37,454 nt of DNA from contig JADFXY010000003.1 in NCBI GenBank assembly GCA_015233355.1, forward strand, positions 1 to 37,454. Direction: 5' to 3'. The notes under the pieces were generated by a model, which worked only from the letters and a program-made list of their open reading frames with translations, was not told the origin of the DNA and ran no database searches. A program made the position numbers and the translations under genes. Positions 8,370 through 17,622 of the stretch are shown one piece after another; positions within the stretch are counted from its first letter, which is position 1; each line of letters opens with the position of its first letter. The DNA is from Deltaproteobacteria bacterium (GTDB lineage Bacteria > Desulfobacterota > JADFXK01).

Positions 8370-9089
8370 TTAACTCGGGCCAGGGGCACTTTCTTTGGCT
8401 GATTTGCGTTTTTTGATTTGCCTGGCTTCGATTTCCATCGAGACCAGCCGGGCGAGCAAGATGGAGGGGAAAAGTTGCCCGATTACTGCCTCCAGCATAG
8501 CTGCCGTCTTAGCCGCGGCATGGACCGGAAAGATATCACCGTATCCGACTGAAGTTAGGGTCATGAAGCTGAAATAGATTAACTTCCCCTCGATGAAATC
8601 TATTCCCCCCGAAGGGTAAGATTGCGTGAAGTTGAACGCCTTTGGCGACAACATGGCCACTATCGAGTAGAGCTTTCCCCACAGCACCCCGATGAGTAAA
8701 TAAACGGCTACAGCCCCCGCAATTCGATGAGCATCAATATGACCTTCTCTAAATACATGGGTCAGGATCACAACGATAAGTAAGGCAATAAAGGCAACTT
8801 CAATAATTGTACTGGATACTTCCAGGCTCCGCCAGGGATACGCGAAGGTGATTACGCCACAGACCAGACCCGTGCCCCCTAAGGCCAGGACCAATCTGCC
8901 CCACACAGGGGTCTCCACGACCGCTCTAACACCGGATACAATGATCAGAAAAAAACAACCCTGGATCAAAATCTTGCCGAACGTGCCGGTTACTATCGGA
9001 TAAAATATAAATATATCCAAGAAAAGCAAGATCAGCAGGGCCGTCAGACCCGCATCACTAGACCAAAATCGCCTTGTAAGTCGGTGCAT
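8370..9089 (-). CDS. Potassium channel family protein (ion transport 2 domain)
   Basis: The selectivity filter TLTSVGYGD is preceded by several TM helices. I place the start at ATG 9089 (MHRLTRRFW), directly after a GGAGGAGGG RBS. The ORF-track start at 9128 has no RBS. Confidence 0.8.
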   Translation of the reverse strand: MHRLTRRFWSSDAGLTALLILLFLDIFIFYPIVTGTFGKILIQGCFFLIIVSGVRAVVETPVWGRLVLALGGTGLVCGVITFAYPWRSLEVSSTIIEVAFIALLIVVILTHVFREGHIDAHRIAGAVAVYLLIGVLWGKLYSIVAMLSPKAFNFTQSYPSGGIDFIEGKLIYFSFMTLTSVGYGDIFPVHAAAKTAAMLEAVIGQLFPSILLARLVSMEIEARQIKKRKSAKESAPGPS

Positions 9090-9405
9090 TGTTTCCCTCC
9101 TCCGTGGTTCAACATGGATCTTTAGCACGAACGGAGAGGAAAGACAACCTTGAATAGATGGACAGCCTCAATCAATTGGGGCGCTCCCCTGACATTAGGG
9201 ACGGATTAAAGCACGCAGCTCCCTCACACGTCCATTCAGAATGGTCCGTTCAGAAAAGGCTGAATAATCTGCATGAACTTTTCCGTGGGTGAAAGGTACT
9301 TGCCGGAAACACGGCAGCCGAACATCGGACCAGGCTTGCTCGATGCAGTACGACCGGGTCATGGGGGAGGAGTTGGGGCGGGTGATGGAGGAGCGATGAG
9401 TGTGT

Positions 9406-10044
9406 CTATTTTTTTGGTCGATAGTCACGAGGATCGAGACAGACGTCGTAAAGGAGTTTATCTAAGGGCAGCCAGTCGGTTTTGTTGATGCCACGTTTGG
9501 TGTGTTTCTGTGTCTGGTTGTGCGGAAAAGCTCAGGCTATTTTGATCCAACGGTTTTGCTCTTAGGCGATGGTTCGGATTTCATCGGCCACCTCGGAAAG
9601 GTCCTGGTCTTGGCTGTAGATGAGAGCGACATCATAAGCGTTTTTGTGCGCCAGTCGTATGGCGTCAATGGCGATACGAACATCAATGCCTTTTTCCTCG
9701 CCGACCAACACCTTGTGTTCATGTCCATCCGGGCAAAGAATAGTTCGGTTGCGGTAACGCAAAGGACGGGAAAAATTGTAGACTCCTTGTCTACTCATTT
9801 GTAACAATTTGGCAATCCAAAAGGAATTCCAAAATTGATCGTCTGCCGTGTCGGGAACACCGGTATAAAATCGAGTTTCGATTAATTGCCAGCCTTTTGA
9901 GCTGCAAATTGTTTGAGCAAGTTTTTGAGGGTCATAATTTGGAAAAGTATAGCCGAAAATTTCTTTTGCGGAGTGAAAAAGGTTTTGGCCGTCAAAAAAA
10001 GCAACGGCTCTGATGGTTGTCGGTGGAGTTGGATGAAAATTCAT
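9406..10044 (-). pseudogene. NYN-domain (LabA/DUF88-like) gene interrupted by two in-frame stop codons
   Basis: From ATG 10044 the frame reads MNFHPTPPTTIRAVAFFDGQNLFHSAKE...GEEKGIDVRIAIDAIRLAHKNAYDVALIYSQDQDLSEVADEIRTIA, then TAA (9564-9562). The same frame continues EQNRWIKIA, then TGA (9534-9532). It continues AFPHNQTQKHTKRGINKTDWLPLDKLLYDVCLDPRDYRPKK, ending at TAG (9408-9406). As I recall, intact family members read through this tail without interruption. Confidence 0.6.
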
Positions 10045-10141
10045 GACTTGAATTTCTTCGTATAAAAAAATAACCCCGCCCGGGCCTCTACACACGCACG
10101 AGGCGCTTTCGAGACGTGTCGAACGGGGAGCAAGTGTTTAT

Positions 10142-10170
10142 AATATAACTCATCATGAAAAATTTTGCAA
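10142..10170 (-). promoter_or_regulatory. Sigma70-like promoter upstream of the NYN gene
   Basis: The minus strand reads TTGCAA-17 nt-TATATT, about 95 nt upstream of ATG 10044. A near-palindrome TTCGAGACGTGTCGAA (10108-10123) lies in the predicted leader. Confidence 0.4.
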
Positions 10171-10288
10171 GCTAAATCATTTGGGAAAATCCCCGCCTTC
10201 GCTCCATCATCTTCTGACTTCCTAAGCCAATTCCCTGTCGTTTGTTTCATATCATAAAATGACGTCGGAACCCGTTGGTTATGACCGG

Positions 10289-12193
10289 TTACTGAATGGC
10301 GGCCATCTCCGCCCCTTTAACGTATGTCTCCAGTCCCTTAAGGATGGACTCGGCCAACTGCTCCAGATACCGGTCGTCTTTCATCCGGCGGCATTCTTCC
10401 TGATTGCTGATAAATGACGTCTCAATCAAAATACTGGGCATTTCGGCCCCGATCAAGACGTAAAAAGGAGCCTGCTTAACGCCCAAGTCGTTCACATTGG
10501 AATATTTTTTCTTTAGGCCGCGGACTAGCGCATTTTGGACGTGCCGGCCTAACCGGTTGGATTCGTTGATCTTGGAATTGAGCATCAAATCATTTAGCAG
10601 CGTATGCATGTCACTGATCTTCTTAGTCGTAGTGGCATTTTCACGAGCCGCCACCCGGACGGCCTCTTTGTCTGTGGCCAGGTTGAGGAAGTAGGTCTCC
10701 ACACCACGTTGGGATTCATTCGGAGATGCATTGGCGTGAATAGAGACAAACAAGTCCCCGCTCTGAGTGTTGGCGATGGCGGTTCTTTCTTCCAAGGGGA
10801 TAAACCGGTCGTCTGATCGGGTCAAGACGACTTCGCAGGCCAGTTTTTGGCGGACCATCCCGGCCAGCTTCTTAGCAATCTTCAAGGTGATGTCCTTTTC
10901 CTGGACCGACGAGTCATATCCGATGGCGCCGGGGTCTTTACCGCCGTGACCCGGATCTATGACGATCTTCTTCACCTTGAGCCCCAGTTGTTGGGCTAAA
11001 CATGATTCCGGATCATCCGCCGCCGTAGCTTTGCCCCTCGGCACACGTTTCCTCGCTTTGGATCGCTCTTTAAAACCTCTGTTGGACGAGGCGACAACCT
11101 TTTTCGGCGGCTCTTCGGTAGGAGCCGACTGCTTTCCCCAAACGTCGATCACGATCCCAAAAGGATTATCCAAGGTAAAAACCTTGTAATTTTGGATAGA
11201 TCCAATATCTAAGACCAGCCGCACCTTCTCCGGTGTAAACTGCCCCGCCCTGGCGTAGAGGAGCAGACCATCGTTAATGCTGATAGGTTCGGAAAGACGT
11301 TTAGATAGACTGGCCCCTTCCAAATCAATATAAATCCGCTCCGGCTTCTTATTCTCCGGGTCTTGCTTAATATTGTGCTTGGAATAGGGTACCGGCCGGT
11401 TCAGGTTGATGGCGATACGGGTATAGTTCTTATTGGACCAATGACGGATGGCCGTCACTGCAGCCTGACCGCCGGCCGGGACGGCATCTTCCCCGCCGGA
11501 CACCCTCCCGGAAGACCGGCCCATGGCGCCGCCGGAGTCAGCCGCCTCCCTGAAGTCCGCTCCAGTGCCGGCTTTAAGGATGGGGTCATGCGGCTCCGAC
11601 GAAATGGTTCCACCGGTGTTGTGGAAACCGGCTTTGTCTCCGGACAGGTAGCCGGACAACTCGGCCATTTTTTTGGATGCGGGGATGGCCAGATCACCTT
11701 GCGGAAATTGCCGCTGCACCCGGCCCAGTTCGGCATGGGCCTGTTTGTAGTCCCCCTTATATAAATACAGAAGCCCCAACCGATATTGCGCCTCAGCCGC
11801 CACACTCTTGCCGGGGAAGCGTTTGGTTACCCGGCGATAATAGTCCGTGGCCATGATGAAATCTGCCTCTTTTCGGTCGATGCGAAAGAGGGTGTCATAT
11901 ATCTTACCCAGCGCGTACAATGCGTTGGGGGCATTTGGACCTTCCGGATTGCCTTTGAATACTTCCTGGAAAATCTGAATACAGTTAGACCACCGGACGC
12001 GGGTTTGAGACGAGGCCGGAAGATTCTGCACGGCCGCGAGTTCTCTGGTCGCCTTATCATAAAGTTGTTGCAAGTCCACTTCCTGCGCCACCGTGACCTG
12101 GGCCAGAGCGATGAGGATAAGGACTATCAGAGTCATCTTGTATAATTTAGCCATAAGAGATTGTTTCCACTGCTTGTTTTTCGCACCGGCCAT
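10289..12193 (-). CDS. N-acetylmuramoyl-L-alanine amidase with N-terminal TPR-like region and AMIN domain
   Basis: The signal/anchor is MTLIVLILIALAQVTVAQ. TPR-like helices follow (YYRRVTKRFPGKSVAAEAQYRLGLLYLYKGDY). The AMIN-like segment is VTAIRHWSNKNYTRIAINLNRPV...RIYIDLEGA. The amidase_3 core is KIVIDPGHGGKDPGAIG...DLFVSIHANA...ILIETSFISN. Confidence 0.85.
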   Translation of the reverse strand: MAGAKNKQWKQSLMAKLYKMTLIVLILIALAQVTVAQEVDLQQLYDKATRELAAVQNLPASSQTRVRWSNCIQIFQEVFKGNPEGPNAPNALYALGKIYDTLFRIDRKEADFIMATDYYRRVTKRFPGKSVAAEAQYRLGLLYLYKGDYKQAHAELGRVQRQFPQGDLAIPASKKMAELSGYLSGDKAGFHNTGGTISSEPHDPILKAGTGADFREAADSGGAMGRSSGRVSGGEDAVPAGGQAAVTAIRHWSNKNYTRIAINLNRPVPYSKHNIKQDPENKKPERIYIDLEGASLSKRLSEPISINDGLLLYARAGQFTPEKVRLVLDIGSIQNYKVFTLDNPFGIVIDVWGKQSAPTEEPPKKVVASSNRGFKERSKARKRVPRGKATAADDPESCLAQQLGLKVKKIVIDPGHGGKDPGAIGYDSSVQEKDITLKIAKKLAGMVRQKLACEVVLTRSDDRFIPLEERTAIANTQSGDLFVSIHANASPNESQRGVETYFLNLATDKEAVRVAARENATTTKKISDMHTLLNDLMLNSKINESNRLGRHVQNALVRGLKKKYSNVNDLGVKQAPFYVLIGAEMPSILIETSFISNQEECRRMKDDRYLEQLAESILKGLETYVKGAEMAAIQ

Positions 12194-12251
12194 GGGCCTG
12201 ATACTGTTGGCTATGCACCTTCAGCCGCATCAGGCCGACAAGACGCCGAGT

Positions 12252-14918
12252 TCATATTGATTTTTTTAGATCATCTAGAATGTTAAGGGCATCAAGAGGA
12301 GTAAGCCGAGCGATATCCGCCTCCTTAATCCGATGTCGAATGGGGTCTTCCGGATGGTGGCCGAACAGGCTCAATTGCATCGATGTTCCCTTGGCCTGTT
12401 TAAAAGGTTGGGTGACCCGGTTGGGACGGCCAAAGTGGCCCAATTCAGTCTGTTCCAGACCACCCAAGATCTCTTTAGCCCGTTTGATCACCGTGGGAGG
12501 AAGCCCGGCCATTCTCCCAACGTGGATGCCGTAACTGCGGCTGACTCCACCGGGCAATAACTTCCGCAAAAAGATGACCTCATCATTCCATTCTTTCACC
12601 GCCACGTTATAGTTCTTGATCCTGGGGCAGCCTATGGCCAGGGAAATCAATTCGTGGTAGTGGGTTGCAAAAAGAGTTCTCACGCCTTTATCATCTAAAT
12701 TATGTAAATGCTCGGCCACCGCCCAGGCAATACTCAAGCCGTCAAAAGTGCTGGTGCCGCGGCCGATTTCATCCAAAATAACCAGACTGCGTTCCGTGGC
12801 CAGATTTAAGATGGTGGCCGTTTCGATCATTTCGACCATGAAGGTGCTTTGGCCGGCGGCCAGATTATCCATCGCCCCGACCCGCGTAAATATCCGATCC
12901 ACCAGTCCGATAACCGCGGTCGCGGCGGGAACGAAACTGCCGATCTGGGCCATCAAGGCAATCAGGGCTACTTGTCTTAGGATAGTGGATTTCCCAGCCA
13001 TATTGGGACCGGTAATAATCAGTATTTGATTATCATCCATATCCAGCTTAACATCATTTTCGACAAAAGACCCTTTTTTCAGCATCTGTTCAATGACCGG
13101 ATGCCGGCCGCCGGTGATTTCGATGGCATCGCCCTGGTCCACTTCCGGCCGGACGTAATCCTCATTATCGGCGACCTGGGCGAAGGCGGCCAGCACATCG
13201 ATTTCAGCCAACGCTTTGGCCGTAGCCAGGACCCGATCAGCCTGGTCGGCTACAGCTTGTCGGATCTGATTAAAAATGGAAAACTCTAAAGAGGCCCGTT
13301 TCTCCTCGGCCGAAAGAATAGTATCTTCGTATTTCTTCAGGTCCTCGGTAATGTACCGCTCGCCATTGACCAGTGTCTGCTTCCGGACATACTCTATCGG
13401 GGCCAGGGCCATATTGGTTTTGGATATCTCGATATAGTACCCGAAGACCCGATTAAATCCGACTTTTAGAGAATTGATTCCGGTTCGTTGTCGTTCTTTA
13501 ACCTCAAATTTGGCAATCCAGTCCTTCCCCCCCCGGCTGATGGAGATTATTTCATCGAGTTCGGGGTGATATCCTGTTTTGACCATGCCCCCTTCTTTGA
13601 TCGTCAAAGGAGGATCATCGACAATGGCGGCATCAATCAAATCAACCACATCCCGAAGCGGATCCAGCCGCTCCGTCAGGTAGACCAGCAAAGACGACCG
13701 AAACATATCCGCCTTCCGGATAATTGCCGGTAAGCGGGAGATGGATGCTTTTAAGGCATTGAGGTCGCGGGCATTTGCCCGGTCCATGGTGATTCGGGAG
13801 ATGAGCCGTTCCAAATCATACACTGCGGCCAGGTCGTCACGCAGGTCCTCGCGCCGGACTTGATCCTGTTTTAACTCTTGGACCGCGTCCAGCCGCTCAT
13901 TGATCTCACCGGGATCCAGCAACGGGTAGAGAATGATCTCTTTGAGCCGGCGCCCGCCCATGGGCGTGATGGTCTCATCAAGCACCCCCAGCAGTGAACC
14001 TTGTTTTGACCGTTCGAAGATGGTTTCGGTCAGCTCCAGATTCCGCCGGGTGGTCTCGTCGATGATCATGAAATCGGTCAAATTGTAAGGGACCAGGCGA
14101 TTGACATGGGATAATCCCGTCAACTGAGTGTCCCGCGCGTATTTCAGCACCGCCCCGGCCGCCTCCAGTCCAACGGTCAAATGTCCGCATCCGAACCCAG
14201 CTAAAGACGAGGTATTGAAGTGGCCGGTCAGGTCGTCCTGAGCCCGGTCAAGGGCAAAAAAATGATCACCGGGTGCATTCACGTAATACCGGCTGTCTTT
14301 TCCCAAAACATCCTGTAACCGGGGCTCTTCGAGCAAGGCCGCCGGCAGCAGAACTTCGGCCGGACCGACCCGGCCCAGCTCATTGACCAGCGTCTCTCGG
14401 CCGTTGAATTCCGTGACCCGGAATTCTCCCGTGGATACATCGAGGTAAGCTAAGCCCAGGACTCCGGTGACCGACCCGGATACCCCGGCCAGAAAGTTGT
14501 TTCTTTTTCCTTCCAGCGTATTGTCATCAGTCTTGGTGCCCGGAGTAATAATCCTGGTAATGGCCCGTTTGACAATCCCTTTGGCCGTCTTCGGATCCTC
14601 TATCTGCTCGCAAATAGCCGCCTTATATCCCTGATTGACCAGCTTGTACAGGTATGCGTCCACTGCGTGGTAAGGAATTCCGCACAACGGCACCGGGTCT
14701 TCGGCAGATTTGTTCCGGCTGGTCAGCGTGATTTGGAGGACTCTGGAAGCGATCTCCGCATCTCCATAAAACATCTCGTAAAAATCACCCATGCGGAAGA
14801 ATAGGATAGCGTCACCGACCCTTGATTTCATTTCCAGATACTGCTGGAGCATGGGAGTCAATTTAACCGGTCCCCCGGGATCGGCGGACTTGATGTTAGG
14901 CTTCTGCGGCTCATCCAT
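12252..14918 (-). CDS. mutS: DNA mismatch repair protein MutS
   Basis: 888 aa. The N-terminal mismatch-binding motif is TPMLQQYLEMKSRVGDAILFFRMGDFYEMF and the Walker A is ITGPNMAGKSTILRQ. Later motifs are STFMVEM...LDEIGRGTSTFDG...FATHYHEL. Confidence 0.97.
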   Translation of the reverse strand: MDEPQKPNIKSADPGGPVKLTPMLQQYLEMKSRVGDAILFFRMGDFYEMFYGDAEIASRVLQITLTSRNKSAEDPVPLCGIPYHAVDAYLYKLVNQGYKAAICEQIEDPKTAKGIVKRAITRIITPGTKTDDNTLEGKRNNFLAGVSGSVTGVLGLAYLDVSTGEFRVTEFNGRETLVNELGRVGPAEVLLPAALLEEPRLQDVLGKDSRYYVNAPGDHFFALDRAQDDLTGHFNTSSLAGFGCGHLTVGLEAAGAVLKYARDTQLTGLSHVNRLVPYNLTDFMIIDETTRRNLELTETIFERSKQGSLLGVLDETITPMGGRRLKEIILYPLLDPGEINERLDAVQELKQDQVRREDLRDDLAAVYDLERLISRITMDRANARDLNALKASISRLPAIIRKADMFRSSLLVYLTERLDPLRDVVDLIDAAIVDDPPLTIKEGGMVKTGYHPELDEIISISRGGKDWIAKFEVKERQRTGINSLKVGFNRVFGYYIEISKTNMALAPIEYVRKQTLVNGERYITEDLKKYEDTILSAEEKRASLEFSIFNQIRQAVADQADRVLATAKALAEIDVLAAFAQVADNEDYVRPEVDQGDAIEITGGRHPVIEQMLKKGSFVENDVKLDMDDNQILIITGPNMAGKSTILRQVALIALMAQIGSFVPAATAVIGLVDRIFTRVGAMDNLAAGQSTFMVEMIETATILNLATERSLVILDEIGRGTSTFDGLSIAWAVAEHLHNLDDKGVRTLFATHYHELISLAIGCPRIKNYNVAVKEWNDEVIFLRKLLPGGVSRSYGIHVGRMAGLPPTVIKRAKEILGGLEQTELGHFGRPNRVTQPFKQAKGTSMQLSLFGHHPEDPIRHRIKEADIARLTPLDALNILDDLKKSI

Positions 14919-14999
14919 AGAGACAAAAAATCAATGCGGGAGTTCCAGATAAAAGAAAAAGGTCTAGCCAAGCCCAGGTCGACTTCAAGAATGAAGCCC

Positions 15000-15392
15000 C
15001 TAGAATGGCTTCGCCACGGCACTGCCCCGAACTTCAGGTTGTTTTTTGGTTGCCGCGGCGGCTACGACCCGCTTTTCCTGGACGGCTGCGGCGGCTAATT
15101 TTTGGGTAAGTTGGTTGTTTTCATTTTTTAAAGAAGCTATTGTCTTTTCCAGGGATTTAGTCGCCAAACGGTGTTTTATCCGATCCTTCAAGCCAAAAAA
15201 TCCCATAAACACCACACAGGCCAGAAACGGGGCCAGGGTGAAGATGAATGTCGGGATATTGAAACTTGTTTCTAAAACCAATAAATTCATATTGATAACA
15301 ATGGGTTTGGTCAGAACTTCATGATTTTGCAGCACCAGCACCAACCCCACCACCGCTATCGAACAAAGAATAATCAGCTTAATATACTTCAT
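15000..15392 (-). CDS. LapA-like (DUF1049) inner-membrane protein
   Basis: 130 aa with two TM helices (IILCSIAVVGLVLVL and TFIFTLAPFLACVVFMGFFGL). A coiled-coil/Ala-rich tail follows. The size and topology are typical of LapA-domain proteins. The call rests on architecture only. Confidence 0.55.
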   Translation of the reverse strand: MKYIKLIILCSIAVVGLVLVLQNHEVLTKPIVINMNLLVLETSFNIPTFIFTLAPFLACVVFMGFFGLKDRIKHRLATKSLEKTIASLKNENNQLTQKLAAAAVQEKRVVAAAATKKQPEVRGSAVAKPF

Positions 15393-15408
15393 AAAATCCC
15401 CTTTAGGG

Positions 15409-15903
15409 CTAATCGAACAACGGCCTTAGTTTGGCATAGGTTTGTTGGAAGTGCTCTGGTATGACCCGAATATCGGCAAAAACGGTCATAAAATTGGTAT
15501 CGCCTTTCCATCTGGGGACGACATGAAAGTGCAGATGCTCTTCGACTCCGGCCCCGGCCACCAGGCCCAGGTTAAGGCCCACGTTGAACCCATCGGGGTG
15601 CATTACCTGCTTCAGGATAGTAATGGCTCTATCTACCTCAGCCAACAGATCCGCCCGCTCCTCTGAAGTCAGCCCCCCTAAGCCTCCGGTATGAGTACGC
15701 GGGGATACCAGCAAGTGACCGTTGATGTATGGATATTTGTTCATCATGACCATGGTCCGGTCTTTTATGGATAGTATCAGGCGCTCCTCCATGTCTTCAG
15801 GGCGGGGTGGGAGTCCCAGATCAGGGCAAAATATACAGCCCGCGGTCTTATCTTCACCTAAAATATAGGTCATCCTCCAAGGAGCCCACAAAGTCTCTGT
15901 CAT
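15409..15903 (-). CDS. HIT family protein (Ap4A phosphorylase / nucleotidyl hydrolase-like)
   Basis: The histidine triad is HLHFHVVPR and the N-terminus is MTETLWAPWRMTYI. I trim the 241-aa ORF to ATG 15903 (164 aa, GGAAGG RBS). The upstream 77 codons look like non-protein sequence. Confidence 0.85.
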   Translation of the reverse strand: MTETLWAPWRMTYILGEDKTAGCIFCPDLGLPPRPEDMEERLILSIKDRTMVMMNKYPYINGHLLVSPRTHTGGLGGLTSEERADLLAEVDRAITILKQVMHPDGFNVGLNLGLVAGAGVEEHLHFHVVPRWKGDTNFMTVFADIRVIPEHFQQTYAKLRPLFD

Positions 15904-16666
15904 GGTTGTACCTTCCGGTTTAGAGTTACAAGGGCCGGCCGGCCGGGGAGAGGTGCCCCGCCTCGCCAGGTTGTGATGATAGATCGGGATCGTTTGGTTG
16001 TGACCGCTGGTTGTGGCCGATAGATGTGACAAACCATTGCCCCGTACGCCGTCATAATCGAATAGTCCAGTTCTGGTCCATAGCAAAAAAAGCCTCGAAA
16101 GACAAGTACGGACTGTTGGAAAAAGTAGGCTCATTGGCTGACTAACGTGTTATATAAGTATGTTGATTCAAAATGCCGAAGAACCCAAATGATTTTTTTT
16201 TCTCGGCTATAGCCTTCAAGAGCCGAAATATTACTTTACCCTCCTCATTCAACAAGCTAACGCGAAGGTCATGACTCCTATCTCGTCAACCCGGAAAAAG
16301 CACTTGACAGTTTTGCCAAAATATGTTAGTGAGTCCGTATTATTATTACGCTCTCAATAACTTGGCTTTGATTTGCCCGTTTAGACAACCCTTCCGCAGG
16401 TGTTCTCTCATCTGCCAGTCATGATCGGCCGGCCCGACCCCGTCCGGTTAATTTAATATCAAGACTGTTTTTCCCACATTGCAGTGTTAATCCCGGATTG
16501 GCTTATTCCGGGATCCTAATCCGACTCTTTACGGCAATCAGAAGGCGGCAACATATTCGGCCCGTCCAATTCAACATGTGGCTTTTCTTTATCTGTTTTT
16601 TATGACCTTCATAGTTTTATATTACTTAATGATTATAATACACATCTTGTACTTGAGGGGGCTACC

Positions 16667-17575
16667 TTGATAGGTAAAAGATATACTTTTCTAGTTTTTT
16701 CCCGCCATGGCGATCATCAGGTCAAGACATTTACTTCGACTAAAATAATGATTGTCTTCCTCTTGCTCACTGCCGGCGGGTTGGTCCTATTCTCTGGATT
16801 TACCTTCAGTAAGTACCTGAAAGCGAAAAGCAGCTTAACGGAACTTCACCGTCTGTCCGATGAAAACGCCAGACAAAAAAAAGAATTATTCGAACTCACG
16901 CAAAAGGTAAGCAACTTTAGCCAACAATTACTCCAACTAAAAGAATTCAATCAACAGATCAGAACCACCGCGACTCAAGTCAAAAAGGATCAACGCCCGG
17001 CGGGCGGACAGGGTGGTTCCGATGCCAATGTCTTTGCCTCAAACTATCCTTTGATTCAACAGCATGAACTACTCATCCGCAAACTCAATAAAGACCTTGA
17101 TAGCTTCCAGTTGGAAGCGGCCTTGGAAAAACAAACCCAAGATGAGCTGCAACGATTCCTTTTAAAACAAAAATCCGTACTGGCCTCCACCCCTTCCATT
17201 TGGCCCACCAGGGGATGGGTCTCTTCGGGTTTTGGATACCGACGCTCGCCGTTTACCGGGGCCGTCGAATTTCACCACGGCCTGGATATCGTAAATGACC
17301 GCGGCAGCTCTGTTGTTGCCACGGCCGATGGAGTAGTTACCTCGGTCAGGCATGAAGGTTCCTTCGGGTTGCTCATGACCGTCAACCACGGCTATGGGTT
17401 GACCACCAGATATGCTCACCTCTCCGCCTCCTTGAAGGAGCCGGGGGACAAGGTCGCCCGGGGCCAAAAAATCGCGCAGGTCGGATCGACCGGGCGAAGC
17501 ACAGGACCTCACTTGCATTATGAAGTGATTATTAACGGCATCCCGGTTAACCCAGACCGGTATATCATGGATTAA
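16667..17575 (+). CDS. M23 family metallopeptidase (murein DD-endopeptidase, EnvC/MepM-like) with N-terminal anchor and coiled coil
   Basis: The TM helix is IMIVFLLLTAGGLVLF, followed by a Gln/Leu-rich coiled coil. The C-terminal LytM core is FHHGLDI...TRYAHLS...GSTGRSTGPHLHYEV. The TTG start lies 6 nt after GAGGGGG, and a perfect TATAAT sits at 16634-16639. Confidence 0.85.
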   Translation: MIGKRYTFLVFSRHGDHQVKTFTSTKIMIVFLLLTAGGLVLFSGFTFSKYLKAKSSLTELHRLSDENARQKKELFELTQKVSNFSQQLLQLKEFNQQIRTTATQVKKDQRPAGGQGGSDANVFASNYPLIQQHELLIRKLNKDLDSFQLEAALEKQTQDELQRFLLKQKSVLASTPSIWPTRGWVSSGFGYRRSPFTGAVEFHHGLDIVNDRGSSVVATADGVVTSVRHEGSFGLLMTVNHGYGLTTRYAHLSASLKEPGDKVARGQKIAQVGSTGRSTGPHLHYEVIINGIPVNPDRYIMD

Positions 17576-17622
17576 ATCGACGATTAAGTCGACCAGGCCA
17601 CGGCCTCATCCCGACGGTAAAC

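Noticed and set aside
9532-9564. Programmed recoding (selenocysteine or read-through) as the explanation for the two in-frame stops in the NYN gene
   Set aside because: The first stop is TAA, not TGA. No SECIS-like hairpin follows the TGA. NYN proteins are not known selenoproteins. A pseudogene or a sequencing error is more parsimonious, though this cannot be settled without reads or proteomics.
10041-10250. 69-aa minus-strand ORF upstream of and overlapping the NYN start
   Set aside because: It has no RBS and no recognisable motifs. It would run across the best promoter-like element for the NYN gene.
15904-16134. 77-codon N-terminal extension of the HIT gene
   Set aside because: The extension (MSLLFPTVRTCLSRLFLLWTRTG...) has no RBS and resembles no HIT family N-terminus. 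The internal ATG 15903 has a GGAAGG RBS and gives the canonical MTETLWAPWR start.
16304-16332. TTGACA box as a promoter for an sRNA in the long spacer
   Set aside because: No acceptable -10 hexamer lies at 16-18 nt. The best candidates are TAGTGA at 17 nt and TATGTT at only 12 nt. It is kept only as a remark inside the spacer finding.
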